The position numbers and the translations under genes were made by a program. Shown here piece by piece: positions 44,678 to 54,486 of a stretch of 64,000 nucleotides of DNA; positions within the stretch are counted from its first letter, which is position 1; every line of letters starts with the position of its first letter. The notes below the pieces were generated by a model. That model saw only the letters and a program-made list of their open reading frames with translations. It had not been told where the DNA came from and did no database searches. Origin of the DNA: Halobacteriovoraceae bacterium (lineage in GTDB: Bacteria; Bdellovibrionota; Bacteriovoracia; Bacteriovoracales; Bacteriovoracaceae); the NCBI GenBank assembly GCA_963719505.1, contig CAVRCF010000005.1, positions 352,001 through 416,000 of the forward strand, written 5' to 3'.

Positions 44678-46978
44678 ATGCAGTTAGACAACAACGCCAT
44701 CGCTTATGCGGTTGGTAAAACATCCATCCCCCTCAATAAAGTAATTTCAACCTGCAATCTATTATTTGTAGAAACGTGTACGATTCCCTTTATTTCAAGG
44801 TATCGAAAAGAGGCAACTGGAAATTTGGATGAAGTTCAAATCAGAGACATTCAGCTCTTCTACGAAGAGTATATAGAACTAGAAAAAAGAAGAGATTTTA
44901 TTCTTGAAGCCATTAAAAAGCAGGAAAAACTTACTCCGGATTTAGAAAAAAAGATAAAGGCTGCCGATACTCTAAACCTTTTAGAAGACATCTATGCACC
45001 TTATAAAACCAAAAGAAAAACCAAAGGTGTCATTGCCAAAGAAAAGGGCTTAGAGCCTCTGGCGAACTGGCTACTGGAATCAAAGAAATCCTTTGAATCA
45101 GAAATGGAACAACTTGAGAAGACCTACGTTAAAGGCTCTGAAGGTAAAGTTGAAGATATGAAAGAGGCCATTAATGGCGCTTGTGATATTTTGATTGAAA
45201 ATTTTTACCAAAATGTTGAATCCAAAGAAGCCATTAGAAATATCTACTGGAAAACAGGTGTTATCAAAACGGAAAAAAGAAAAGAGGCGGATAGTATTGA
45301 AGACTCTCATAAATTCAAAGACTTTTTTGAATTTGATGAAAAGATCGATCAAATTAAAGATCCTAAAAATACCCATCGCTATCTCGCTATGAGAAGAGGG
45401 ATGACGTTAAAAGTTTTAAAAGTTTCCACAAGTATTGAAGAGCAATTGGCCTACGATATAGTCGAGGCCAATGAATTTCCAAATGGAGAGAACCTTGGGA
45501 ATTATGAACTCCTCCAAAGCTTAGCTAAAAAAGCTTATGACAATAGTATTTCGACCAGTATGGATCTAGAAGTTAAAACAGACTTAAAGAAGATTGCTGA
45601 TGAAGCGGCGATCAACGTTTTTGGTGTAAACTTAAAAAATCTTCTGCTTCAACCTTATTTAGGTTCGAAGGCAGTTCTTGGCATTGACCCAGGAATTAGA
45701 ACAGGTTGTAAAATTGTTGTTATCGACCATACAGGAAAGTTTGTTGGAGATCATGTTATCTACCCATTTGCCCCTAAATTTGATGAAGCTGGTAGTAAAG
45801 TAATCCTTGAAAAATTAATAGAGGCTTTTAATATTGAATACGTTGCCATTGGAAATGGGACTAACGGAAGAGAGACGTTAGAGTTTGTCGAAACCAAAGT
45901 CAAACAAGTGAAAGACGGAGACGTTAAAGCGACTATGGTGAACGAGTCGGGAGCATCAATATATTCAGCTTCCGATATTGCAAGAAAAGAGTTTCCAGAT
46001 AAGGATGTCACAGTCAGAGGATCAATCTCAATCGCAAGAAGGTTTCAAGATCCATTAGCTGAACTCGTTAAAATTGATCCCAAAAGTATCGGTGTTGGTC
46101 AGTACCAACACGATGTCAATCAAATAAGACTTAAGAAGTCTCTCGAGGGTGTGGTTGAGAACTGTGTAAACTTTGTTGGAGTTGACCTCAATACAGCTTC
46201 AGCACCTCTGCTTTCTTATATTTCAGGAATTGGTCCAACGGTTGCAGGAAATGTTGTTAAGCATAGAGAAAAGGTTGGACGCTTTAAAAGTAGAGAAGAG
46301 CTTCTTGAAGTCGCTCGCTTCTCCCCTAAAGTTTACGAGCAATCAGCTGGATTCTTAAGAATCTATGGCGGCGCAAACCCACTGGATGGAACATTTATTC
46401 ACCCTGAGAGGTATGCCATTTTAGAAAAATGGTGTAAAGACCATGGCCATTTACTAGCGGAGCTTACGACTGACAAAGAGCTTATAGCTAAGCTTGGTTC
46501 GGATAATAATTTAAAAAAAGAAATTGGAGAATTAACTTTCAACGATATTGTCTCTTCGTTAAGAGCACCAAAACAAGATCCAAGATCTGAATTTAAATCT
46601 GTCGAATTTAGAAAAGATATCCGATCGATGAAAGATCTCACTCCAGGAGAGTGGTACACAGGAGTGGTAAATAATATTACAAACTTTGGAGCCTTTGTAG
46701 ATATCGGTGTCAAAGAAAGTGGACTTCTACACATCTCTCAAATCTCTGATGAGTTTGTTGAAAATGCACTGGATAAACTCAAAGTCGGTGAACAACTAAA
46801 AGTAAAAGTGACTGAGATCGACATGGCCCGAAAAAGAATCTCTCTTAGTTGTAAAAGCGATGCTTCAGTTGAGTATAGTAAAGGATCTAACTCCGGTGCA
46901 AGAACTCCAAAGCCTAAAAAAGAAGAGAAAATAAAAAATAATGCCTTTTCTGGTTTGGCGGGTCTGAGACTGAAATAA
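44678..46978 (+). CDS. tex: Tex RNA-binding transcription accessory protein
   Basis: TIPFISRYRKE, LGIDPGIRTGCK, SIGVGQYQHDV, HhH repeats, C-terminal S1 domain. Confidence 0.95.
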   Translation: MQLDNNAIAYAVGKTSIPLNKVISTCNLLFVETCTIPFISRYRKEATGNLDEVQIRDIQLFYEEYIELEKRRDFILEAIKKQEKLTPDLEKKIKAADTLNLLEDIYAPYKTKRKTKGVIAKEKGLEPLANWLLESKKSFESEMEQLEKTYVKGSEGKVEDMKEAINGACDILIENFYQNVESKEAIRNIYWKTGVIKTEKRKEADSIEDSHKFKDFFEFDEKIDQIKDPKNTHRYLAMRRGMTLKVLKVSTSIEEQLAYDIVEANEFPNGENLGNYELLQSLAKKAYDNSISTSMDLEVKTDLKKIADEAAINVFGVNLKNLLLQPYLGSKAVLGIDPGIRTGCKIVVIDHTGKFVGDHVIYPFAPKFDEAGSKVILEKLIEAFNIEYVAIGNGTNGRETLEFVETKVKQVKDGDVKATMVNESGASIYSASDIARKEFPDKDVTVRGSISIARRFQDPLAELVKIDPKSIGVGQYQHDVNQIRLKKSLEGVVENCVNFVGVDLNTASAPLLSYISGIGPTVAGNVVKHREKVGRFKSREELLEVARFSPKVYEQSAGFLRIYGGANPLDGTFIHPERYAILEKWCKDHGHLLAELTTDKELIAKLGSDNNLKKEIGELTFNDIVSSLRAPKQDPRSEFKSVEFRKDIRSMKDLTPGEWYTGVVNNITNFGAFVDIGVKESGLLHISQISDEFVENALDKLKVGEQLKVKVTEIDMARKRISLSCKSDASVEYSKGSNSGARTPKPKKEEKIKNNAFSGLAGLRLK

Positions 46979-46988
46979 TTTTTCCCAT

Positions 46989-47012
46989 AAGCCACCATAT
47001 TGGTGGCTTTTC
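46989..47012 (+). terminator. Probable intrinsic terminator after tex
   Basis: AAGCCACCA-TAT-TGGTGGCTT followed by TTCT. Confidence 0.7.
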
Positions 47013-47019
47013 TGGTTTA

Positions 47020-47028
47020 TGCTATAAT
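47020..47028 (+). promoter_or_regulatory. Extended -10 promoter TGnTATAAT for the recombinase gene
   Basis: TGCTATAAT ends 5 nt before ATG 47034. Confidence 0.6.
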
Positions 47029-47033
47029 AAGTC

Positions 47034-48029
47034 ATGACTAAAAAGAATGAAATCTCTTTAAACTATGATGCCAAGTTAGCTGAAAAGTTTAAAGAGGCAT
47101 CAAAAAGAAAAGTTACCATATCAGATTTTATGACTGATTTTATCGGTCAATTTATATCGGAACAAACCCAAAAAGCCTACCTTACCGATTTAAAATATTT
47201 TTTCGATTTTATGAAATCTGGAAACGTGTCAATCACCCATCCAAAACAAATTGAAGGTCACCATTTCCAATTTTACAGAGATAAGCTGATTGAAGATGAT
47301 TATAGTTCTGCCACTATTAATAGAAAACTTGTGGCCATAAGATCGTTTATCAAATGGGCCATGGCCTCAAAACTAATTGAATATAATCCTCTAGATGTCG
47401 TCAAACTACCTAAAGTCCAAACCCAGGCACCAACTTTAGCCTTTGAAGACTATGAAGTCGTTCAAATGATTAACTCTCCGGATAAACTCACAAAGAAAGG
47501 GGCCATGAATAGATTGGCCATGATCCTTCTCTTTTCTCTAGGTCTTAGACGAAGTGAGCTTACCCAAATCAAAATAAAAGATCTCTATCAAGATAGAGGA
47601 CATAATGTTTTGAAAATTCGAGGAAAAGGTGACAAAGATCGACATCTTCCTATTGCTGGACCAATAGCCATAGAGATACAGACATATATTGACTTGCTCA
47701 GCTCTCAGGGAATTTTGCTTGAGCCAGAAGACTATCTTCTCCAAAGCAGTAAAATTGGCAAAAATAACAAACCAATGGATGGGTCTACCGTTTATAGGAT
47801 GATAGCAAAATATGCTAAAGAGTGTGGAATATCGAAGAATGTCAGTCCACATTCATGTCGAGCAACAGCGATCTCTCACTTACTCGACACTCAAAAAACA
47901 CCTATCAGAGATGTTGCTATCTTCGCGGGTCATAGCAAAATAACAACGACAGAGAGATATGATAAAAGACGTGAAAGTTTAGATAACTCAGCGGCTTATG
48001 ACGTGGACTATACAAAAAAGAAAGCTTAA
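47034..48029 (+). CDS. Tyrosine recombinase/integrase (Xer-like)
   Basis: SAM-like N-domain; GLRRSEL, GKG, HSCR, AGH...TTERY catalytic residues intact. Confidence 0.9.
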   Translation: MTKKNEISLNYDAKLAEKFKEASKRKVTISDFMTDFIGQFISEQTQKAYLTDLKYFFDFMKSGNVSITHPKQIEGHHFQFYRDKLIEDDYSSATINRKLVAIRSFIKWAMASKLIEYNPLDVVKLPKVQTQAPTLAFEDYEVVQMINSPDKLTKKGAMNRLAMILLFSLGLRRSELTQIKIKDLYQDRGHNVLKIRGKGDKDRHLPIAGPIAIEIQTYIDLLSSQGILLEPEDYLLQSSKIGKNNKPMDGSTVYRMIAKYAKECGISKNVSPHSCRATAISHLLDTQKTPIRDVAIFAGHSKITTTERYDKRRESLDNSAAYDVDYTKKKA

Positions 48030-48889
48030 GCGGCTTGAACTTTTGACTTTATCGTTTCGACAAAACTTCCAAGTTCCTTTCCATGATCACTACCAACCAT
48101 GTCTTTATAACGGCAGAAGAGAAAGAATTTACCCGTTTCATTGGAGTCATATTTTAAAGACTTTAAAAGATGAGTAGAGTTAACCCTAAAACTCTCCGTT
48201 AAATTTTTGCTATAAAAAAGATCACTTTTTTCTGGATCAAAGTCAGAAGTCTCATCAAAATAGTTTTTTAGATTTTTTAATGTCATTTGAATTTTAAAAA
48301 ACTGCTCATCATCAATAACTTCGAGAAGTTTAAAATCATCTGAAGAAAAGAGGACACCGTGATCTGTTAACTGCTCAACAGCAATATCTAAGCTATGTTC
48401 TTGAAACTCTCCAAAGCTCAGCTTTGCGCTTCCTTTTGTAAAGACCCTAAAAGCCCTTTGAGCGAGATTATTTTGTAATAAATTTTTATAGATAAACGAT
48501 TCAATAGTCTTTGAGTGGATACAATCGACAATTGTTAATTCTTTAAAAGGACCAGTTGGTGAGACGAAAGATATCTCTTGGCAGTTAAAAAGCTGGTCTT
48601 CAAACTGACCATTTCTAAAGTGCAGACAAAGAGTGTGGTAGAGATCAAAAGCTGACAATTTTAAAATCGAATCCTCTAATTTAAGCCATAATGGAACACT
48701 TTTTAAATTATCTAATTGTTGACTAAGTTGATCAAATTGCGATTTCATTTGACCATTTTTAACACCTTCCCGAACTTTATTAGTCAAGTACGGGTCATTT
48801 GACCAGTGTATCCATATTGGAAATTTGCTATTGGGTGTTAATGTCTTTGAGAAAGTAAAATTTTCGAAAAATTGTGCAAGATTAGTCAT
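48026..48889 (-). CDS. Hypothetical protein, possibly with a degenerate PilZ-like C-terminal region
   Basis: 287-aa ORF with RBS; QRAFR...EQLTDHG loosely resembles PilZ motifs. Confidence 0.4.
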   Translation of the reverse strand: MTNLAQFFENFTFSKTLTPNSKFPIWIHWSNDPYLTNKVREGVKNGQMKSQFDQLSQQLDNLKSVPLWLKLEDSILKLSAFDLYHTLCLHFRNGQFEDQLFNCQEISFVSPTGPFKELTIVDCIHSKTIESFIYKNLLQNNLAQRAFRVFTKGSAKLSFGEFQEHSLDIAVEQLTDHGVLFSSDDFKLLEVIDDEQFFKIQMTLKNLKNYFDETSDFDPEKSDLFYSKNLTESFRVNSTHLLKSLKYDSNETGKFFLFCRYKDMVGSDHGKELGSFVETIKSKVQAA

Positions 48890-48917
48890 TCTTTTCCTTT
48901 TAAAAAGAGATGCTATC

Positions 48918-48944
48918 TTAACGGAATATTGTGCCGAAGCTTAA
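48918..48944 (-). promoter_or_regulatory. Possible sigma28-type promoter
   Basis: Minus strand TTAA-15 nt-TCCGTTAA, ~30 nt upstream of ATG 48889. Confidence 0.4.
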
Positions 48945-48964
48945 GAGAAAAAGTGAAGAAACTT

Positions 48965-50116
48965 TTAAGAAGCTTGCCTGAGTAATTTGATAAAACTTCC
49001 AGTGTCTTTTTTAAAACTAGAAAAAGAGAAATAAGAAAATAAAACTGAAATAGAATAAGGAATAATAAAGGCCAAAAAAACCTTTAAACCGCTGATTTTG
49101 ACCGGTATACGCCTTTCTACGAAGAAGTCTGGCATTAGATTTAAATCATTACTATTGAGAAGCTTTAAGACGAGAAGTCCACAAGCCACGCCCAAAGAAC
49201 AAAAAATAATACTCACAAGGTGGGTAAACAGATAAGACATTTTATAAATCTCTTTTTGAGACTTGCCCATAACCCAATAACAAATTAGGTCAGTTTTAAT
49301 TTTATCGAAGAAAATCATAAATCCGCTGGTTATACAGATGGCGACCAAAAGGGACATTCCAATAAATAAAAAAAGCATAACATTTGTTTCTAAATTGAGG
49401 GCCCATACAAGAGACTTATTTTGTTGTTCCCAAGTCGTTACCCTCTTGTCATCACTAAGGATTTCTTGCGCCAAGGAGAGATCTTCAGCTGTGTAGAAAA
49501 CAAGTTTATTCACTAGTCTTTTGCGAATTAAGTTTTGAACTAAACTCAGTCTCGTCCAAGCGTGAAGCGCATCAATCTCTGCCAAATCGCTAACGTAAAA
49601 ATCAGTAATGATATCACTTACAGATCTTGGAATTGGATTTATAAGATAGTCGATATGAGCGGGTGAGATGAAAGTTAACTTAGAATCAAAGTACGAGTTC
49701 AAACTTGTCGCAAGGTCACTACCAATAACAACGCCACTCAAATCCTTTTTATACAAAAAGCGAGGCGTGAAGTGTTCAAAATCAACTCCGTGTAAAATAA
49801 CGGGATTGACACGGCTACCGTGGTTCACCATCAGCTCTATCTCGTACTCTCTGGAAAAAGAGACTCCCCGATCAATTAGCTTCTTTTCTAATTCTAAGTT
49901 TTTTGAAGCAGACTTCTCGAGTGCTAGATCAACATAACCGGTGCCAATCGTTTTCTTAGAGCGCTCAATCAAGCCGTTTTGCAGTCCCCCCATAACCCCT
50001 TGTAAAATAACCAAGGAGAATGTTGAAATAAACAAACCAACAACCGCAATGAAAAGAAGCTTCTGGCGAGTTTTAGCTGAAAAGATATAGCGAAAAAAAT
50101 AGAAATAAAAATGCAC
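48965..50116 (-). CDS. LolC/E-like (FtsX/MacB family) ABC permease
   Basis: FRYIFS, TM1 followed by GVMGG, periplasmic domain, TTWEQQN..L..AL..E, three C-terminal TMs. Confidence 0.8.
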   Translation of the reverse strand: MHFYFYFFRYIFSAKTRQKLLFIAVVGLFISTFSLVILQGVMGGLQNGLIERSKKTIGTGYVDLALEKSASKNLELEKKLIDRGVSFSREYEIELMVNHGSRVNPVILHGVDFEHFTPRFLYKKDLSGVVIGSDLATSLNSYFDSKLTFISPAHIDYLINPIPRSVSDIITDFYVSDLAEIDALHAWTRLSLVQNLIRKRLVNKLVFYTAEDLSLAQEILSDDKRVTTWEQQNKSLVWALNLETNVMLFLFIGMSLLVAICITSGFMIFFDKIKTDLICYWVMGKSQKEIYKMSYLFTHLVSIIFCSLGVACGLLVLKLLNSNDLNLMPDFFVERRIPVKISGLKVFLAFIIPYSISVLFSYFSFSSFKKDTGSFIKLLRQAS

Positions 50117-52233
50117 TATTTCGCTTCGTAGAATTTAGTTTTAGTCTCTACCAAGTTTTTTAAATAAGGACTTAGACTATATCTATCTTTATCAACACTT
50201 ATGGCAAAATTATTTATAGCTGTCACAATTCGATCTAGTCCCTCAGCATCTGCATATCTTAGCAGTCCCCCTCTAAAAGGTGGAAAACCAATTCCAAAGA
50301 TAAGACCAAGATCAACGGTACCGGGACCATCAACAATTTTTTCATCCAAAATATTTGCCGCTTCATTGATCATAGGTAAAAAGACTCTCATTTGAATAGT
50401 CGTCTCATCCATTGTTATCTTTTTGCTTGGTAGAAGGGAGTCCATTTCAGAATTAACTTCTAGCTGCTTGCCTTTATCGTCGTAGGTATAAAAGCCTTTT
50501 CCATTCTTCTTTCCAAGAAGTCCTTTCTCAGTCGCTTTATGAGAGAGATCACAAGCCTTAGCTCTGGCCCCTAAACCTTCTTCCATGATCTCACCAACAT
50601 GAGAACAAACGTCTAAACCCACTTCATCCATCAAACGACAAGCTCCCATTGGCATTCCAAAATTTAAAACTGCCCGGTCAATATCTTTGATAGAGACTCC
50701 TTCTTGAAGAAGGTAAGCAGATTCATTTAAAAAGGGAGCGAGTATCCTATTAACCAAAAATCCTGGACAGTCATTGACTACAACAGGCGTTTTTTTTGTT
50801 TTTAAAACCCAGTTATAAAGAGCTTTTACAGTCTCCTCAGATACATTTTTGTGTCTGACAATCTCTACCAGTGGCATCTTATGGACGGGATTAAAAAAGT
50901 GTAGTCCAGCAAATCGAGAAGAGTCGCTCAAAGCCGATGCCATCTCTTCAACTGAAAGAGAAGAAGTATTGGAAGTGAGAATACAATCTTTCGAGACTTC
51001 CTTTTCTACTTCTTGGAAGACCGATTTTTTGACTTTCATATTTTCAACAACAGCCTCGACAACAAGGTCAATTTTTTTAAACCCTGTGTAATCAAGCTGC
51101 GCACTTATAGAGCGTTGAGCCCTATTGAACTCATCTTGTGACATTCTTTTTCTTTTGACAGCCTTAGTGAAGACCTCACTTGACTGTTTCAGCCCAAGTT
51201 CCAGACCTTCAACAGAGATATCTTTCATAATGGGGTTTTGATCATTTTTAGCAAATAGCCACGCTATTCCTCCCCCCATTGTTCCAGCACCTACAACAGC
51301 TCCTCTTTTAATTTTCTTAGCTGTCGATGCACCTTCAAGTTTTTTAGACTCGTCATGAAGAAAGAAAACATGCTGGAGGTTTTTGGCCTGTGATGTTTGA
51401 GTTAACTCAGCAAAGGCTTTTGCCTCTCTTGAGAGATAACTGCTTCTTTTCTTCCCAGCACTTGCCTCTAAATGATCAAGAATTTTCAAAGGTGCTGGAT
51501 AAAAACCTTTTGTGCTCTCAAGTACTTTCTCTCTGGCTTTTTGAAAGATAACTTTTCTAGCAATAAAGTTGTCTGCAGCTTTTTCAGTAATCGTCTCTGC
51601 AAATGTTTTATGTTTTTCAAATTTTTTAAATAAATTTTCATGAGCAAGTTCCATCAGCCTCTCTTTTGGCATAACAGCTTCAACCAAACCTATTTTCTTA
51701 GCTTTTCTAGATCTTACTTGCTTACCCGTTAAAATCATATCGAGAGAGTTTGGCAATCCCACTTTTCGAGGTAGACGATAAGTTCCGCCAAATCCTGGTA
51801 AAACACCTAACATAACCTCAGGAAGACCGATCGCTGTTTTCGGATTATCACTGGCGATAATTTTATCACAAGCTAAAATCATCTCACAACCACCACCTAG
51901 GCAGATACCATCAACCAGCGCCATCGTTGGGACTTTGAGATCTTCTAGTTTATTAAAAACTTCTTGGCCTCTTTCACATCCATCAATGGCCTGTGCTTCA
52001 GAGTTTAACCCTTGGATGACTGACACATCCATACCAGCGAGAAAGCAGTTTTCTTTATGACTAAAAAGAATAAGGCCTTTAGCTTCTTTATCGGCTGCAA
52101 CTTCGTCGAAAGCTTTTGAAAGCTCTAAAAGAGTATCAGCATAAAGGACAGTCATTGATTTATCTTCGTATTTTCCGAAACCTAATTCGTAAATGCCATT
52201 ATTTTTTTCGAGTGTAATTTTGTTATAACTCAT
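50116..52233 (-). CDS. fadJ: Fatty-acid oxidation complex alpha subunit (enoyl-CoA hydratase/3-hydroxyacyl-CoA dehydrogenase)
   Basis: CLGGGCE, GLPEVMLG, GAGTMGGG, EAVVE, SNTSSL, HFFNP, GFLVNR. ATG 52233 has a GGAG RBS. Confidence 0.9.
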   Translation of the reverse strand: MSYNKITLEKNNGIYELGFGKYEDKSMTVLYADTLLELSKAFDEVAADKEAKGLILFSHKENCFLAGMDVSVIQGLNSEAQAIDGCERGQEVFNKLEDLKVPTMALVDGICLGGGCEMILACDKIIASDNPKTAIGLPEVMLGVLPGFGGTYRLPRKVGLPNSLDMILTGKQVRSRKAKKIGLVEAVMPKERLMELAHENLFKKFEKHKTFAETITEKAADNFIARKVIFQKAREKVLESTKGFYPAPLKILDHLEASAGKKRSSYLSREAKAFAELTQTSQAKNLQHVFFLHDESKKLEGASTAKKIKRGAVVGAGTMGGGIAWLFAKNDQNPIMKDISVEGLELGLKQSSEVFTKAVKRKRMSQDEFNRAQRSISAQLDYTGFKKIDLVVEAVVENMKVKKSVFQEVEKEVSKDCILTSNTSSLSVEEMASALSDSSRFAGLHFFNPVHKMPLVEIVRHKNVSEETVKALYNWVLKTKKTPVVVNDCPGFLVNRILAPFLNESAYLLQEGVSIKDIDRAVLNFGMPMGACRLMDEVGLDVCSHVGEIMEEGLGARAKACDLSHKATEKGLLGKKNGKGFYTYDDKGKQLEVNSEMDSLLPSKKITMDETTIQMRVFLPMINEAANILDEKIVDGPGTVDLGLIFGIGFPPFRGGLLRYADAEGLDRIVTAINNFAISVDKDRYSLSPYLKNLVETKTKFYEAK

Positions 52234-52257
52234 TATATTTTTCTCCAATTATTTTTC

Positions 52258-53547
52258 TTAAAGATGTAGGTTCTCAACGATAACTGCTCCGCCTTGACCA
52301 CCGCCGATACAAAGTGAAGCTATTCCAAACTTCTTCTTTCTCTTTTTAAGCTCATGAGCCAAAGTAACGACTAACCGAGATCCCGTTGATCCTACCGGAT
52401 GCCCTAAAGCAATCGCCCCGCCATTGACGTTAAGCTTATGGGGATCAATCTCACCTATTGGTTCATCCATACCCCATTTGCGACTTAACTGTTCATCTTT
52501 TGCCAGCTTCATACAACTAAGAACCTGAGCAGCAAAAGCTTCATTAATCTCAATAAGATCCATATCTTCAAGTTTCATTCCAGTTCTTTTCAATACCCCA
52601 TGCATAGCAAGCACTGGACCAAGTCCCATTCTCTCTGGTTCTAAACCGTGAAAATGAAAATCAACCATCTTTGCCATAGGTTTTAAATTGTATTTTTCTA
52701 CAGCTTCTTCTGAGGCCATCAGCCACATACTTCCACCATCTGTGATCGGACAGGCGTTACCAACAGTCACAGTACCAGTACCTTTTTCAAAATAAGGTTT
52801 TAGTTTTCCTAATTTCTCAATAGTTGAACCCTCGCGAGGACCGACATCATCCATGATAAGTTTTTCTAGGTTTTTACCAGCCGTTAGAGGGACAATTTCA
52901 TCTTTAAATTTTCCCTCTTTTATAGCTTTGATCGTTTTAGCATGAGACTCATTGGCAAAAGCATCTTGGTCAAGTCTTGATATATGAAGTTCTCTGGCAA
53001 GTTTCTCTGCTGTTGCCCCCATGTTAAGACCACAAAAAGGATCCGTTAGACCTTGTTCGATCGCAATAACAGGAGCGAGATGAGGAAAACGAAATGTTGA
53101 AATAACCTTTAACTTATCCGTTGGACTTTTAGCCTTCATCATTTGAATAAAAAATTCCGTCATATCTTCGTTATACATCAGTGGCATTTGAGACATATTC
53201 TCAACGCCACCGGCGAAAATAATATCACTTCTTCCACTGGCAATTTTTATAAACGCTTGAGAGAGAGCTTCCATTCCACTGGCACAATTTCTATGAACCG
53301 AATAACCACTTGTCTTTTTATCTAGACCTGCTTCTAGAGCGATAACTCGTCCAATGTTTGGATATTTAGCTGGTGTTCCCGTGTTTCCAATAATAACTTC
53401 ATCAACAGCATCGTTTGGAATTTCTGTCTCATCAATAAGATGCTTAATCAGATAATGGCCAAGGTAAGGGGCATCGACATCTTTAATATCAGAACCTGAT
53501 TTTACTTGAGGTGTCCTGACTCCAGAACAAAGATAAACGGGTTTCAT
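52258..53547 (-). CDS. fadI: Acetyl-CoA C-acyltransferase (thiolase), beta-oxidation beta subunit
   Basis: RNCASG, NEAFAAQ, GHPVGSTG, LCIGGGQG. ATG 53547 has a GGAG RBS. Confidence 0.88.
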   Translation of the reverse strand: MKPVYLCSGVRTPQVKSGSDIKDVDAPYLGHYLIKHLIDETEIPNDAVDEVIIGNTGTPAKYPNIGRVIALEAGLDKKTSGYSVHRNCASGMEALSQAFIKIASGRSDIIFAGGVENMSQMPLMYNEDMTEFFIQMMKAKSPTDKLKVISTFRFPHLAPVIAIEQGLTDPFCGLNMGATAEKLARELHISRLDQDAFANESHAKTIKAIKEGKFKDEIVPLTAGKNLEKLIMDDVGPREGSTIEKLGKLKPYFEKGTGTVTVGNACPITDGGSMWLMASEEAVEKYNLKPMAKMVDFHFHGLEPERMGLGPVLAMHGVLKRTGMKLEDMDLIEINEAFAAQVLSCMKLAKDEQLSRKWGMDEPIGEIDPHKLNVNGGAIALGHPVGSTGSRLVVTLAHELKKRKKKFGIASLCIGGGQGGAVIVENLHL

Positions 53548-53907
53548 AGCTTCTCCATGCAATTAAATATTTTGTAAAATAGAAATTATAACAGCCTAAT
53601 TCTACGTTAAATCTAATAAAAAAACGAATTATTTAAGCTAAAGCTTTTATATGCAAACTTAAAAACTCAACTATAAAAGTAACCAATTTGAATCAAAGGA
53701 ATAAAACCATAAAGAGACGCCAACAAATTTTATGGATAAGAAAATACTCAAAATCGTTCTAGATATTATGAACAGTACCTCAGGAATTCTTTCATAAAAT
53801 CAGAGGCTTAATCAAGATGTGAAATTATCTACACAATCGAAGCACTATCAGTGCAATACATAAAAGAGGTTTGTTCTTAATATGTTGTAATGACAAAGGA
53901 GTCTTCA

Positions 53908-54384
53908 ATGGAAAAAAGCTTAGAGAAGGATTTTAATTTTGATTTTTATTTAAAGTATGTTTTGGCAATAGGCCTACTTTTTATCGGTATAAGTAAGTTT
54001 GTTCCCTTTATGCCTGTTGTAGAGTTACCACCTGAAGCCGCAAACCTCTATCAAGCTCTAGATCAAGCTGGTTACATACTTCCACTTGTTGGATTTATAG
54101 AGATTTTGGCCGGAGCGCTACTCATAAGAAAAAATACAACACCACTTGGGTTACTGATTCTATTACCATTTTCAGTTAATCTTGTGTTGTTTCATTTATT
54201 TTTAGCACCAACTCAAATACTACCAGCACTTTTTGTTTTTGTTTTAAATGCTGTTTTAATTTATAGAGATAGAGCAATCTTTTCACCGATTATTCACTCT
54301 ATTACAGACGGCGAAGATGAGGTAAAAGAGTCTATTTCAAAAATGAGTTGGGTCACAAAGTCTCTTGACAAGAATAGAAGTTAA
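53908..54384 (+). CDS. DoxX-family membrane protein
   Basis: Four TMs; GISKF, EILAGALL, NLVLFHLFL; AAGGAG RBS before ATG 53908. Confidence 0.75.
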   Translation: MEKSLEKDFNFDFYLKYVLAIGLLFIGISKFVPFMPVVELPPEAANLYQALDQAGYILPLVGFIEILAGALLIRKNTTPLGLLILLPFSVNLVLFHLFLAPTQILPALFVFVLNAVLIYRDRAIFSPIIHSITDGEDEVKESISKMSWVTKSLDKNRS

Positions 54385-54420
54385 AAGTCTTTCAAAGTAA
54401 ATATGAAATATTAGAAAAAG

Positions 54421-54450
54421 AAAAACCCTCCGGGCATGGAGGGTTTTTTT
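54421..54450. terminator. Bidirectional intrinsic terminator
   Basis: AAAAACCCTCC-GGGCAT-GGAGGGTTTTTTT between convergent genes. Confidence 0.88.
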
Positions 54451-54486
54451 ATTCACGAGGATGGCTTTTATCGTTTTTGGACTTTT

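Noticed and set aside
47034-48029. Prophage or integrative element around the recombinase
   Set aside because: No att repeats, tRNA, phage, conjugation or defence genes were seen; the flanks are housekeeping.
53563-53889. Long AT-rich intergenic region as a possible sRNA or riboswitch
   Set aside because: No convincing stem-loops or known motif by eye; it is consistent with a divergent promoter region. An Rfam search was not run.
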